From: the human T2T-CHM13v2.0 reference genome, Homo sapiens
Reading direction: 5' to 3' (one strand)
Length of the DNA stretch: 64,000 nt
NCBI RefSeq assembly: GCF_009914755.1
Contig: NC_060933.1
Numbering within the stretch: the first letter of the stretch is position 1; every line of letters begins with the position of its first letter. Made by a program: the position numbers and the translations under genes. Under the pieces are notes generated by a model. It ran no database searches, was not told where the DNA came from, and worked only from the letters and a program-made list of their open reading frames with translations. Of this stretch, positions 29,842-42,176 are shown piece by piece.

Positions 29842-31613
29842 CAGGTATGCCTCGGAGATATTGTGGGTTCAGTTTTGGGCCACCAGACTAAAGTGAATAC
29901 CACAATAAAGTGAGTCACAGATAATTTTTAATTTCCCAGTGCATATAAAAGCTATGTTTACACTATACTGTAATCTATTAAGTACACTATATTGTAGTCT
30001 GTTAAGACATTATGTCTTTAAAAATGCAGATACTTTAATTAAAAATATTTTCTTGTAAAACAAATACTAACAATCATCTGAGCCTTCAGCTTGTAATCTT
30101 TTCACTGGTGGAAGATCTTGTCTTGATGTTGATGGCTGCTGACTGATCATGATGGTGATTACTGAAGGCTGGGGTGGCTGTGACTATTTCTGAAAATAAG
30201 ACAACGAGGTTTGCCACAATGGTTGACTTGTGCTTTCACAAAAGGTTTCTCTGCAGCATGTGATTCTGTGTGATAGCATTTTACACATAGTGGAACTTCT
30301 TTTAAAATGTGTCAGTCCTCTCAACCCTTGCCACTGCTTTAGCAAATTAAGTTTATGCAATATTCTAAATCTTTTGTTTCATTTCAGCAACATTCACAGC
30401 ATCTTCACCAGGAGTAGATTCTATTTCAAGAAACCATTCTTCGCTCATCCATAAGAAGCAACTCCTTATTCATTCAAGTTTTCTCATGAGATTGCAGAAA
30501 TTCAGTCACATCTTCAGGTTCCGTTTCTAATTTTAGTTCTTTTGCTATTTCCACCATCTTGGCAGTGACTTCCTCAGTTGAAGTCTTGAACCCCTCAAAG
30601 TCATGCATGAATATTGGAATCAGTTTCTTCCAAATTCCTGTTAATGTTGATATTTTGACCTCCACCCATGAATTACTAATGTTCTTAATGACATCTACAA
30701 TGGTGAATCCTTTCCAGGATGTTTTCCATTTACTTTGCCCAGATCCATCAGGGGAATCACCATCTATGGCAGCTATAGCCTTATGAAATGTATTTCTTAA
30801 ATAATAAGACTAGAAAGTCAAAAGTACTCCTAATCCATGGGCTGCAGAATGGACATTGTGTTTGCAGGCATAATAACAATATCCATCTCCTTGTATATCT
30901 CCATCAGAGATCTAGGGTGACTAGGTGCATTGTCAATAAATAGTAATATTTTGAAAGAAATCTCATTTCTTGAGCAATAGTTATCAACAATAGGCTTAAA
31001 TATTCGGTAAACCATGCTATAAACAGGCTTTGTTATTCCATTTATAGAGCTCAGGCAGAGTAGATTTAGCATAATTCTTAAGGGCCCTAGGATTTCAGAA
31101 TGGTAAATGAGTATTGGCTTCAAGTTAAAGTCACCAGCTCCATTAGCCGCTAACAAGAGTGTCAGCCTGCCCTTTGAAGCCTTGAACTCTTCCAATATAA
31201 GACTGTTTCGTCTACATTAAAAATCTGTTGGTGTGCTGCACACCAACATGGCACATGTATACATATGTAACTAACCTACATGTTGTGCACATGTACCCTA
31301 AAACTTAAAGTCTAATAAAAAAAAATCTGTTGTGTAGTATAGCCATGTTCATCAGTGATTTTAGCTAGATCCTCTGGATAACTTGCTGCAGCTTCTACGT
31401 CGGCATTTGGTGTTTCACCTTACACTTCTATGTAATGGAGATGGCTTCTTAAACCTCATGAACCAGTCTTTTGCTAGCCTCAAATCTTTCTTCTGCAACT
31501 TCCTCACCTTCTCAGCCTTCATAGAATTGAAGTGAGTTAGTGCCTTGCTCTGGATTAGCCTTTGGCTTAAGAGACTGTTGTGGCTTGTTTAGTCTTCTAT
31601 GCAGACCACTAAA
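29842..31613 (-). mobile_element. Tigger1 DNA transposon (3' part with transposase remnant)
   Basis: TIR CAGGTATGCCTCGGAGATATTGTGGGTTCAGTT. ORF 30830-31195 has FKASKGRLTLLLAANGAGDF.LKP.LIYHSE...KILLFIDNAPSHP...PANT.SILQPMD, and ORF 30474-30665 gives a further fragment. Confidence 0.92.
31231..31320 (+). mobile_element. Very short L1PA3-type 3' end with a 5' micro-inversion, inserted in Tigger1
   Basis: GCACACCAACATGGCACATGTATACATATGTAACTAACC...TACCCTAAAACTTAAAG plus polyA. TSD AAAAATCTGTTG at 31219-31230 and 31321-31332. Confidence 0.92.
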
Positions 31614-31800
31614 ATTAATGATCATAAAGGGTTGTATTTATAAAGACTACTACTGTTATTATTGTTATTGTTCTTGTCATGCGTCCAGTATCTTTCAGCC
31701 AAGGTGGTCTCCTCTGTATTTTCTGACTACAGCCTATAATTTCCCACCTCTGTACTCTGTCTCAAGTGCCCTTCCTCGTCACTGTACACTGTCAAATTTT

Positions 31801-32412
31801 TTAAATACTTTTAAAATTGTGATAATATATACATAACACAAAATTGACCATTTTAACCATTTTAAGTGTAAAGTTCATTGGCATTGAGAGCATTCGTATT
31901 GTTATGTAACCACTATCCATGTCTAAAACTTTTCCATCTTCCCAACTGAAACTCTGTACCTATTAAACACTAACTCCTCCCTCTTCTCATCTCTTACAAC
32001 CACGATTCTACTTTCTGTCTATGAATTTTACTATTCTAAGTATTCCAAATAAGTTGACTCCTACAGTGTTTATTCTTTTATGTCTGGCTTATTTCACTTA
32101 GCGTAATGTTTTCAAGGTTCATTCGTGTTGTAGCGTGTATCCAAATTTCATTTATTTTTAAGGCTGAATAATATCCCATTGTACGTACATAACACATTTT
32201 CTTTATCCATTCATTTGTTGATGGACATTTAAGTTGCTTCCACCTTTGGCTATTGTGAATAGTGCTGCTATAAACATGAATGTACACATCTGTGTCCCTG
32301 CTTTCATTTCTTTGGGGTATATACCCGGAAGTAGAAATGCTGGATCATATGGTAGTTCTGTGTTTAGCTTTTTGAGGAACTGCCATACTGTTTTCCACAG
32401 CGGCAGTATATC
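31801..32412 (-). mobile_element. L1MB (MB3/4-like) 3' end inserted in an L2
   Basis: TTGTGATAATATATACATAACACAAAATTGACCATTTTAACC 3' end. 12-bp TSD CTGTCAAATTTT at 31789-31800 and 32413-32424. Confidence 0.85.
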
Positions 32413-32424
32413 CTGTCAAATTTT

Positions 32425-32655
32425 AAGTGTCAAGGTCCAGCTCCATTACTACCTCCTCCAAGACATTTTTCAAATCCCCTTCTAGATAGAAGAGACTTCT
32501 ATCTGGAAGGGTTGTGGTGATTTACTTGCAGATTGCCTTCCCTCAGCCTCTTTTAGAAGAGTCTTCTTGATTTCCCACATAGCTTCGCTCAGAGGCAGGT
32601 GCCCAATATATATTTAGTGAATGAATGAAAGAAAGAAAGAATAAATGCATGAATC
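32425..32655 (+). mobile_element. L2 3' end
   Basis: GGCAGGTGCCCAATATATATTTAGTGAATGAATGAAAG L2 tail. Confidence 0.65.
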
Positions 32656-34815
32656 AAGCAATGGCCAGAGCTGCTGACAACTCACAGGGGAGAGTGCAGG
32701 GGATTAGTGAAAACTCCCCACCTGAGAAGATGTCAACTCCCGAAATGCTTTGGTACACGGATGAGGTCGGTGAGCCACTTCTGCATTCTCTTCACAAATC
32801 CAGCGTAGTGTTACTTCCTTGGCTCACTCTCCTTCATTACATTAAGAAGCAGCATGTGTTGCTGGTGTCTGTTGGATTTCCCTAATACGAAAAACAGGTT
32901 GCCACTTGGGTCTGCAGAGACATTTGGATGCATTGTATTTAAATTTTGTTTTCATTGAAAATTTATAGCTGCCACCTTCTACTCTAATGTAATGAATAAT
33001 TAGAAGCAATTACAAGGACATTTAGCAAATTACTAAGCCATCTAGGAGTAAAAATTAGTGTTTATGGTGTTCTTCCTTTGCTGCCTAGCAATCTAAAATG
33101 ATATATGATATGCATGCAGACAGCATGCACAAATACTTTTCTATGCACCCAGCAGTTTTCCAGTAAGATCGTAAAAATCAGTGCATGGCATTAGAGTCTT
33201 GTGATGTTAAAGGGCCTTCTCAATAAATATTGGATGTTGGGGCAGGGAATGATGAAGTTGAGCAGTAAAAACTTAACCACAAAAGGTTATTGGTGGTGGA
33301 GTAGATTATGTTCTTTTTTAAAGTTAATTTTTCTATTGTATATTTTAATTTTAAAAATTAAGGAGGAAACCAGAAAAGTGAAATAAATAAAAATGCTGTC
33401 TATACCCTTTATCCAGAAAATACTATTTTCCCATTTTTATTGGTATATTGACATTATTTTCTTTGCATGTTTACATGTATTGTCATTATTTTTTTCAAAC
33501 TGCACAAAAAAAATACCATTTTGATTTAAAAACTCAGTAGAATCATGTAAACATGCCTCTGTTACTATGGCCAGTCACATAGACAACGCATAATTATTTT
33601 ACATTCCTTATGCTTGTAGTTTTAGCTTGTTTCCAATTTTTAATTATTATAAATAATACTATAGTGAACCTCATAGTCCATACAACTTTTAAAATATATT
33701 TTAAAGCTAGAATTCTAAGAAGAAGGATTTTTACGTTAAAGAAAATAAACTTTCAAAGTTCTTAATTCTTATTACCTCATCACTTACCAAAAAGCTTATA
33801 CTTAATTTGTTTTTCAACTTGCAGTGTAGAGAATACTTGTTTTACTGCAACTGCACAAGTATTAATAATATCATTAAAGCATTTTGTTAGTTTATGAGAC
33901 AATTTTAATATTTTTGATTATAACTGACCTTGGGTGAACTTGAAATCAGTCAGGTTCAGTAGCAAGAAATAGAATTCACCTAGCTTACAAATATTTATTT
34001 CATAACATGCGTTGCACAAGAAAGAGGCCTAGGTTGAGCTTTGAGATATAACTTTAAGAGCAGCACCGCAGCACTGGGTCACAGAGAGAACTGCTCCTGC
34101 CTCATGAAGCCATCACAATGGAGAAGCTACTATAGGAGAACCAAACAATACTGCAGCAATTGCTGGTGGAAATGACAGAAGCAGCACAAAACATGCCCTT
34201 ATCTCATTTCTGCATTCCAAATTAAATAACATCCAGAATCATAGCTGCAAGGGAGTCCAATAAATGTAGTTTTAAGATTTTTTTAGCTTCTACAGTGCAG
34301 GAAGACCCCTGAGAAGGCAGGTAGAATAGATGTTAGGTGCTAATCTCCCATATCCACCCATGTGTTTGTGATGCTTGTTAACCTATTAGATGAATTGTCA
34401 ATTTTTAACCCTTTCTGAGCTAACTTGTAAAAGAAGCTACCAGAGGCCAGAAAGATATATTATTTCTAAGAAGCATATAGCATTATCCTTAGCAAAACTG
34501 GAGACCCGGTGAAAGTGAGAAAGGGCAGGAGATGATTCCATATACTCCCACATTGCAGGGGGTTCCAAAGATCTCAGGTAAGTTTATTTGTATATATGTC
34601 AATATATAAGCATTAAAAAGAAATATTTTTTTGTTGTGTTTAATACAGCAGCATGCTAATTCAAATATTATTATTTTTCCCTTCCTGATAAAAATTGGAC
34701 CTTATTCATTTATTAACTTCTTAAATAACTCGTTTCTTCATTGAATGAATTATGATCATTTAAACATAATCAGTAATAAATCAAAGAATCTTTCGTTACC
34801 CCTCACTCACCTACT

Positions 34816-34911
34816 AGGGCCGCTGTGTTGTATAATTCCAGGGTTCACTGATTACGTAGAATATAACATGAATGGCACCCAGTGGAGCTGTGCTCCAACA
34901 CAGTGGCCCTG
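34816..34911. mobile_element. MER91-like hAT-Tip100 MITE
   Basis: TAGGGCCGCTGTGTTG ... CAACACAGTGGCCCTG terminal inverted repeats with an internal ATGAATGGCACCC motif. Confidence 0.65.
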
Positions 34912-36179
34912 TCAATTCCCTTAATTCATTGGATAACTGAGTCTACTTTTTTTGTTAGACTAATTTTAAGAAAGTTGCTGATACCCAAGGGAGCTACAAA
35001 AGGTTATGGGGAACCGGGCCCTTAAAAAACCTAGGAGGGCCTTTTTTCAGAGATGATGTGAGCTCAGAAGCCATCAGTCAGGCCCACCAACATCCTTCTC
35101 CAAGGAAATCCCTTTGTATTCATGCCTTTTTGCCATTTGACTTAGCAACCAAGATTGAACAATTTTTCCTATGGATGATACAGCTTTTACTTTGAGGGCT
35201 GTTTGGAAGACTAAATCTAAAGAAGTAGTGGATTCATTTAAGAAAACAGGAACAAATCTGTTGCAAAGGCAAAACATTAACAGTTCCTTTCAAAGTCCCT
35301 CTTTAAAGCCTTTGATTGGGAGTTGACTCTTAACCCATGACTTTTATGAAATTGTCAATGGAATTGCACTAGGGGAAGATTTCTGAACCCTGACCTCTTC
35401 TCTCCAGCTACTCCTGTCTAAGAACCAAAGGCAGGTCCCTGGAAAAAATATCCTTCAGATGCTGCTGAGAAGCCAAGTTCCGCTAGGTTTATGAGTGGTG
35501 GGGATGAATCTGAGTGAGTTGATGGCTCCCATCAAGTCCTGGTAAAAGTAAATTGTATGACCTCTGTTAGTGGATAGATGAGGGGCCATCTCAAGTAGAG
35601 ACTAATTCCCTGTAGATGAGATTTTAAATTCTGTTGTTAGGAAGATAGAAGGCTACCAGACTTTGGATGTTTATAAAAACCATTGTTTCTTGTTTTCCCA
35701 TAGGCAAGGGCAAGAGTTGAGCTGTGAGGGGAATCTGGGTTTAGATAAGGGGTGGTGGGGGTGAAAGAGATTGAGAGGGAGAGACAGAGAGAAACAGAAA
35801 GACATGGTTAGAGAAATCTCACCTTTTTTGGAAAGGCTACAGTCTACAATTACCATATTTTCTAGATTTTCTAGGACTATCTGCATTTTAAATATTTACT
35901 TTCATTATCCCCATGAAACATCAAAATATTCTGGAAATGTAAATATTTTGACAAATGGTAACTGAATCAGGTCATTAATCATTACAAGTGTGTGAATTCA
36001 TTCTCTTGGTTCTGAGCATGATTTCAAGGGTATCAAAGGGAAAGTTGATGTCACTGATTAGTGACTTCTGGGCAGCAGGGAAGTTATCAATAGGCTCTGG
36101 CACTGAAAATTCTCTTTTAAAATGCGAATCAATATTCAGAGGCTTGTCAAGAGATGTTTGGGGAAAGAAACAGAAAATA

Positions 36180-37120
36180 TAATAGTTCCCCTTTATCTGC
36201 AAGGGGTATGTTCCAAGAACCCCAGTGGAAGCTTAAAACCTTGAGTAGTACTGACCTCTCTACTGGCTGAGCATCCTTAATCTGCAAATTTAAAATCCAA
36301 AAGCTCCATAATCCAAAACTCTCTTGAGCATCGACATGATGCCATAAATGGAAAATTCCATACATAACACCGAACACAAATTTTGTTTCATGCACAAAAT
36401 TATTAAAAATATTATACAAATTACTTTCAGGCTATGTGTATAATGTATGTATGCAACACTAACGAATTTCATGTTTATACTTGGGTCCTATCCCCAAGAT
36501 ATCTCATTATATATATGCAAATATTCCAAAATCCAAAAAAATAAAAAATTTGAAACACTTCTGGTTCCAGGCATTTCCAATAAGGGATATTCAAACCATA
36601 TATGCTATGCATGAATTTCTTTTTCCTTCTTTACAATTTCATGAAGAAATTGTAGAAGATTTGTTTTTACTGCAGATCTTAGCAAGTACAGCATATGATT
36701 TTTTTCTTTCCTTATTAAGTGGAAAGCATCCACTTTTTCACTTAAAGAAAACATTTTGTGACTTCTCCTTTACATATCCAAATTGCCAGCAGCACTACGT
36801 TTGCACTTTGGAGCTATGATTGAGTAAAATAAAAGTTACTTGAACACAAGTACTGTGACATGGCAACCAAGATGGCTACTGAGTGACACACAGGCAGGGA
36901 GCTTACACACCGTGGATACCTGGACGAAGGGAGGATTCAGGTCCCAGGTGGGATGGTGCCGGATAGTGTGACATTTCATCATGTGCCTCCGAATGGTGAG
37001 AATTTTAAAACTTATCAATTGTTTATTTCTGAAAATTTCCATGTAATATTTTTGGACTGTGGATGACCACCAGTAATTGAAACCTCAGAAAGCAAAATCT
37101 CTGCTAAGAGGAGGCTACTG
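36180..37120 (-). mobile_element. MER44/Tigger7 MITE interrupted by Tigger4b
   Basis: TAGTTCCCCTTTATCTGCAAGGGGTATGTTCCAAG ... GCTAAGAGGAGGCTACTG termini. Internal TTGTTTATTTCTGAAAATTTCCAT motif. Confidence 0.8.
36263..36598 (+). mobile_element. Tigger4b (Zombi-derived MITE)
   Basis: TA, then CTGGCTGAGCATCCTTAATC ... ATAAGGGATATTCAAACCA, then TA. Both ends match the termini of the Tigger4 at 3901-12813. Confidence 0.85.
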
Positions 37121-37268
37121 GAAATAATTACTGAACAAATGAAGTTCTTCTCACAAGCTTAAGTAGGAAGATACACTAGCAGTTTTACTCACTGATGAAT
37201 AGCAAAGACAAACGCAAGTATTGCACTAATTGTTATATGCTTTTTGCTATATTTTAATTTTTCATTAG

Positions 37269-37586
<318 letters not shown>

Positions 37587-37719
37587 TCAATAAGACAATT
37601 ACTTAAATTTATAACTATGATTTCACTGTCATATTCCTCTAAGATTTTTTACATAAATAAGTTCAGGAATCAGAGAATGTTGTCAAGTGAGGAAGGCAAG
37701 GTAACTAAAGGCAGGGATT

Positions 37720-37925
37720 TGGGAGCTGGCTGAGGAATCAAAACCAGTTTCTGCGACTTGCTAGATTTGCAATAAATTGCTTAATCTCTCTAAGATTCAA
37801 GTCTCTTACTTGAAAAATGGAGGAAATAAATGTCTCATAAATTTGTAGTGGTTGAGGATTAAATGAACTAATGTTTGAAAAGTGTTTGACCCCAGAGTGG
37901 GTATTCAATAAATGATAGCTGTTAT
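37720..37925 (+). mobile_element. MIR (MIRb-like)
   Basis: CTTAATCTCTCTAAG...GAGGATTAAATGAACTAATG...TCAATAAATGATAGCTGTTA. Confidence 0.75.
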
Positions 37926-37984
37926 GAAAAGTACTAATAATGAAATAATGTGAGCAAAAGTCTTAGAGTGAATTCAAGATTTGC

Positions 37985-38197
37985 GATGTCCCCCTATCTC
38001 TGTACTATGTGGCTAGCTATGTTCTAGATGGTGCAGGATCTGTTAGCCTGAACCTCTGAGTGAGGCCCATGCAGAATCCCCTGCTGATGAGTGATGAGCA
38101 TGTGGAATGAGGTAGAAATGTACTTTTGCCTTTTTAAACCACTGTAACGCAGGGGTTGTTTGTTACTGCAGCCTAAGCAGCCTCTCCTGATGGATGC
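37985..38197 (+). mobile_element. MLT1J/K-like MaLR LTR 3' part
   Basis: TTTAAACCACTG...GGGGTTGTTTGTTACTGCAGC...CCTGATGGATGCA terminus. Confidence 0.6.
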
Positions 38198-39302
38198 AGG
38201 AGGGAACATAGATGCTTCCACTGCTACCATATCTAGGACCCAGGGAGAGAGATGATTTGGACAGTTTACAGAACAAGGGACAAGTAGGCATATGAGTGGT
38301 GGACACAGTGGCCATGATTGGCAGGAGGTGATGGCTACTCCAGCAGTGAGCAGTATTGTAGAATAGGCATGGAACCCCATATCCTAACCGACATTGAATC
38401 AAGAAAAATAGTACTCATTTGGAATGGTCTTGAACGTACTGGTTCAGTTCCAGGAAAGTCTCAAGGGAGGTTAAAGAGATTTGAAGACCTGTATGTTTTT
38501 ATAGGCACTGTCTTCTTTCCTTCACAAAACAGGATGGTATTATCATGCTAATGTCTGCAGAGAAGGAAGCACAGATTAGGTGACTGTGGCTACTATGAGG
38601 GCCAAGGAGGCCCTCCCACCCATCCTGTGGGATGCACCACCTGCGCTCACTAGGCCTATGGAGAGGGGAGTGACTGGGGCACCTGCTCACCCCTGTACCA
38701 TGCCTGTTCTTCAGCTTCAGCTCTGGATCGCCCAGAGAGGGACTGCTGCCTGCATCTGGGTTCCTGGACAAACATGCAGTCTACCAGTAAGTGCTTTTAA
38801 ATCCCCAAGAATGTAATTGCTTTATATTCCCTCTAAGTGGGCACACCCCATTAACACACCTGAAATTGAGACCTTTTCCAAATAGAAAAGCATAAACTTT
38901 GTGGTAAAGCTTCTTCAGGCCCTTTATCTCCCTGTCCAGGCCAGCGTGTTCTCCAAAAAGAGGAAAATGAGTGTTCTGCTCCCAAGAGATCACGGAGTCC
39001 ACCTGAGCCCCACCAGCCGAGTCATTTGTCTGCTCCTGTAGCATTTACCTTTATAGTGCAAAACCTCAGGGTGCTGGCATTTCAGCCACATCCAGGAGGT
39101 TGATGCATGGTAAGCAACCTTTCATATGTTGAATTACCAGTGCCCTGGTCAAACCCTGGACAGAGCATCATCATCTAAATAGTTCACATCCTGATTCAGT
39201 GTTTCCCAAGCACTATGCCACAGAACCCAAGTTCTGGAAGACATAGATGCCGGGATACTAAGGGGTTCTCAGGTCAAAGCATTTGGGGGTTCATTGTATT
39301 CT

Positions 39303-39361
39303 TTTTTTTTTTTAAACGGAGTCTCACTCTGTCGCCCAGGCTGGAGTGCAGTGGCGCGATC
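39303..39361 (-). mobile_element. Severely 5'-truncated young Alu (last ~45 nt plus polyA)
   Basis: PolyT then AAACGGAGTCTCACTCTGTCGCCCAGGCTGGAGTGCAGTGGCGCGATC. Exact 16-bp TSD GGGTTCATTGTATTCT at 39287-39302 and 39362-39377. Confidence 0.92.
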
Positions 39362-40012
39362 GGGTTCATTGTATTCTGTTTTCCCTTCCCAGCAATTTGA
39401 ACTGCTTATTAACATATTACAGTTCTAACAGGTCCCCACATAAAACGTAATCTCTGTGACTCAAATAGATTGATTTATTTATGTTTCTGAAATTTATCTG
39501 ACTTTGACTATGAGCCATGTTTAGTATAGCAAAATGATTAACATCTTAAGGAATAAAGAATTTTTCTCAAATTTATTTTTCTGTATTTCTTCTCAAATTT
39601 ATTTGAATTTGGCCATGAGTCATGTTAGTAGAGCAAAATGATTAACATCTCAAGAAATAATGAACATTGCCGCACTGACTTAAGAATCACCACCCTGATT
39701 TATTCCTATAGCTTGAGGCAGCACCACCTCTTGCCCTGTCCAGAGGAATAACTTAGGTTGGAGATGGACCATATTCAGTCCAGCCAAGATGTTTGCATGA
39801 AGTCCCTGAAGGACTCAGCCCTTTCCAACTGGGAGACTTCCAGAATAAACAAAGATGTTCATGAATTGGTGGGTTCATTGGGCATTACTAATTGCTTATT
39901 CAACTTTTTTTTTGCTTTTTTTCTCTGAATGTTTCAGTATTTGATCATCTCAAGATCAGTAAGGAATTCAACTGGTCACTGTCACAGCTGAGGTTTTCTG
40001 GTGTTCAAATAT

Positions 40013-40496
40013 GTCTATTTCAGACAGAATAATGCCACCCTCCCCCCACCCCCACAAAGATATCCACTCCCTGGATCCATGTTACCTTACATGGCAAAAG
40101 GAACTTTCTGGTTAAATTAAGAATCTTGACATGGGGAGATTATCCTGGAATATGTGTGTGGCTCTAATGTAATCCCAGGGTGTTTATAAGAGGAAAATAA
40201 GAAGGTCCATGAGAGAAAAAGTTGTGATGAGGGAAGCAGAGGTCAGCGTAATGCACTTTGAAGATGGAGGAAGGGGCCATGAGCCAAAGAATGCAAGCTT
40301 AAAGAGGCAAGGAAATAGAGTCTCACCTAGATCCTCCCAAAGGAATGCAGCTCTGTCTACACCTTGATTTTAGCCTTATAAGACTTATTTTGGACTTCTG
40401 ACCTCCAGAACTTTAAGATAATAAATTTACGTTGTTTTAAATTTACCATAGTAAACTTACAGTAATTTGTTACAATAAAAATAGGAAACTAATACA
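40013..40496 (+). mobile_element. MLT1C/D MaLR solo LTR
   Basis: CAGAATAATGCC...ATGTTACCTTACATGGCAAAAGGAACTTT...GACTTCTGACCTCCAGAAC...AATAGGAAACTAATACA. Confidence 0.85.
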
Positions 40497-41192
40497 ATAC
40501 CTTAATCCTATCCTACCTCAAACTGGACCAGGCCCATATAATCAAACTTAGAGCATCCACTCTAAAGGGAGATTACTCTAATTTAGAAGGAGCCAACTCC
40601 CAACATCTCCTCCTTTCTATCCACTTCCAGAAGCTGGGCCCCCTATGAGAGCAGCTACTCCATACGGAAATGAATTATTGGTTGTTACCATGGCTTCCTC
40701 AGGCATAGAAGAACCCCTCATAGGCATGCTCAGACCACCAGAAGCCAGAGCAGATGAGGCAGACCTAGCAACGCAGGTTCAGAAGAGGAACTGTGTGCTA
40801 CTTTCTTGGACAGGTTTGATTTTACCTTCTGCTGCATGCAGCCAGCAACCCAAGCAATTCCCTTTATTCTGGAAACCAGAGCACATATCAAGAGGTGGCA
40901 TCATTTCAGGAATAGGAAAGTCATGTGACCAAAGGAAGTTGTAGCCATGCATCATGGATACAATAAACAGAAACAATATGGAAGAACATGTATGCAGAGG
41001 GGATACCTACATATACGGCACCCGAAATTTAGGGCCACTCAGAGATAGTATCCTGGGAAGCCCAGCCTGTATGCTGAGAACCTGCTATTTGGATAACCAA
41101 TCATCTCAGATGCCTGGGACTGAGGCAGTTCCCAGACATGGAACTTTCCATTCCCAGACATGGGACTTTCCATTTTAAAACCAAGACAGTCC

Positions 41193-42176
<984 letters not shown>

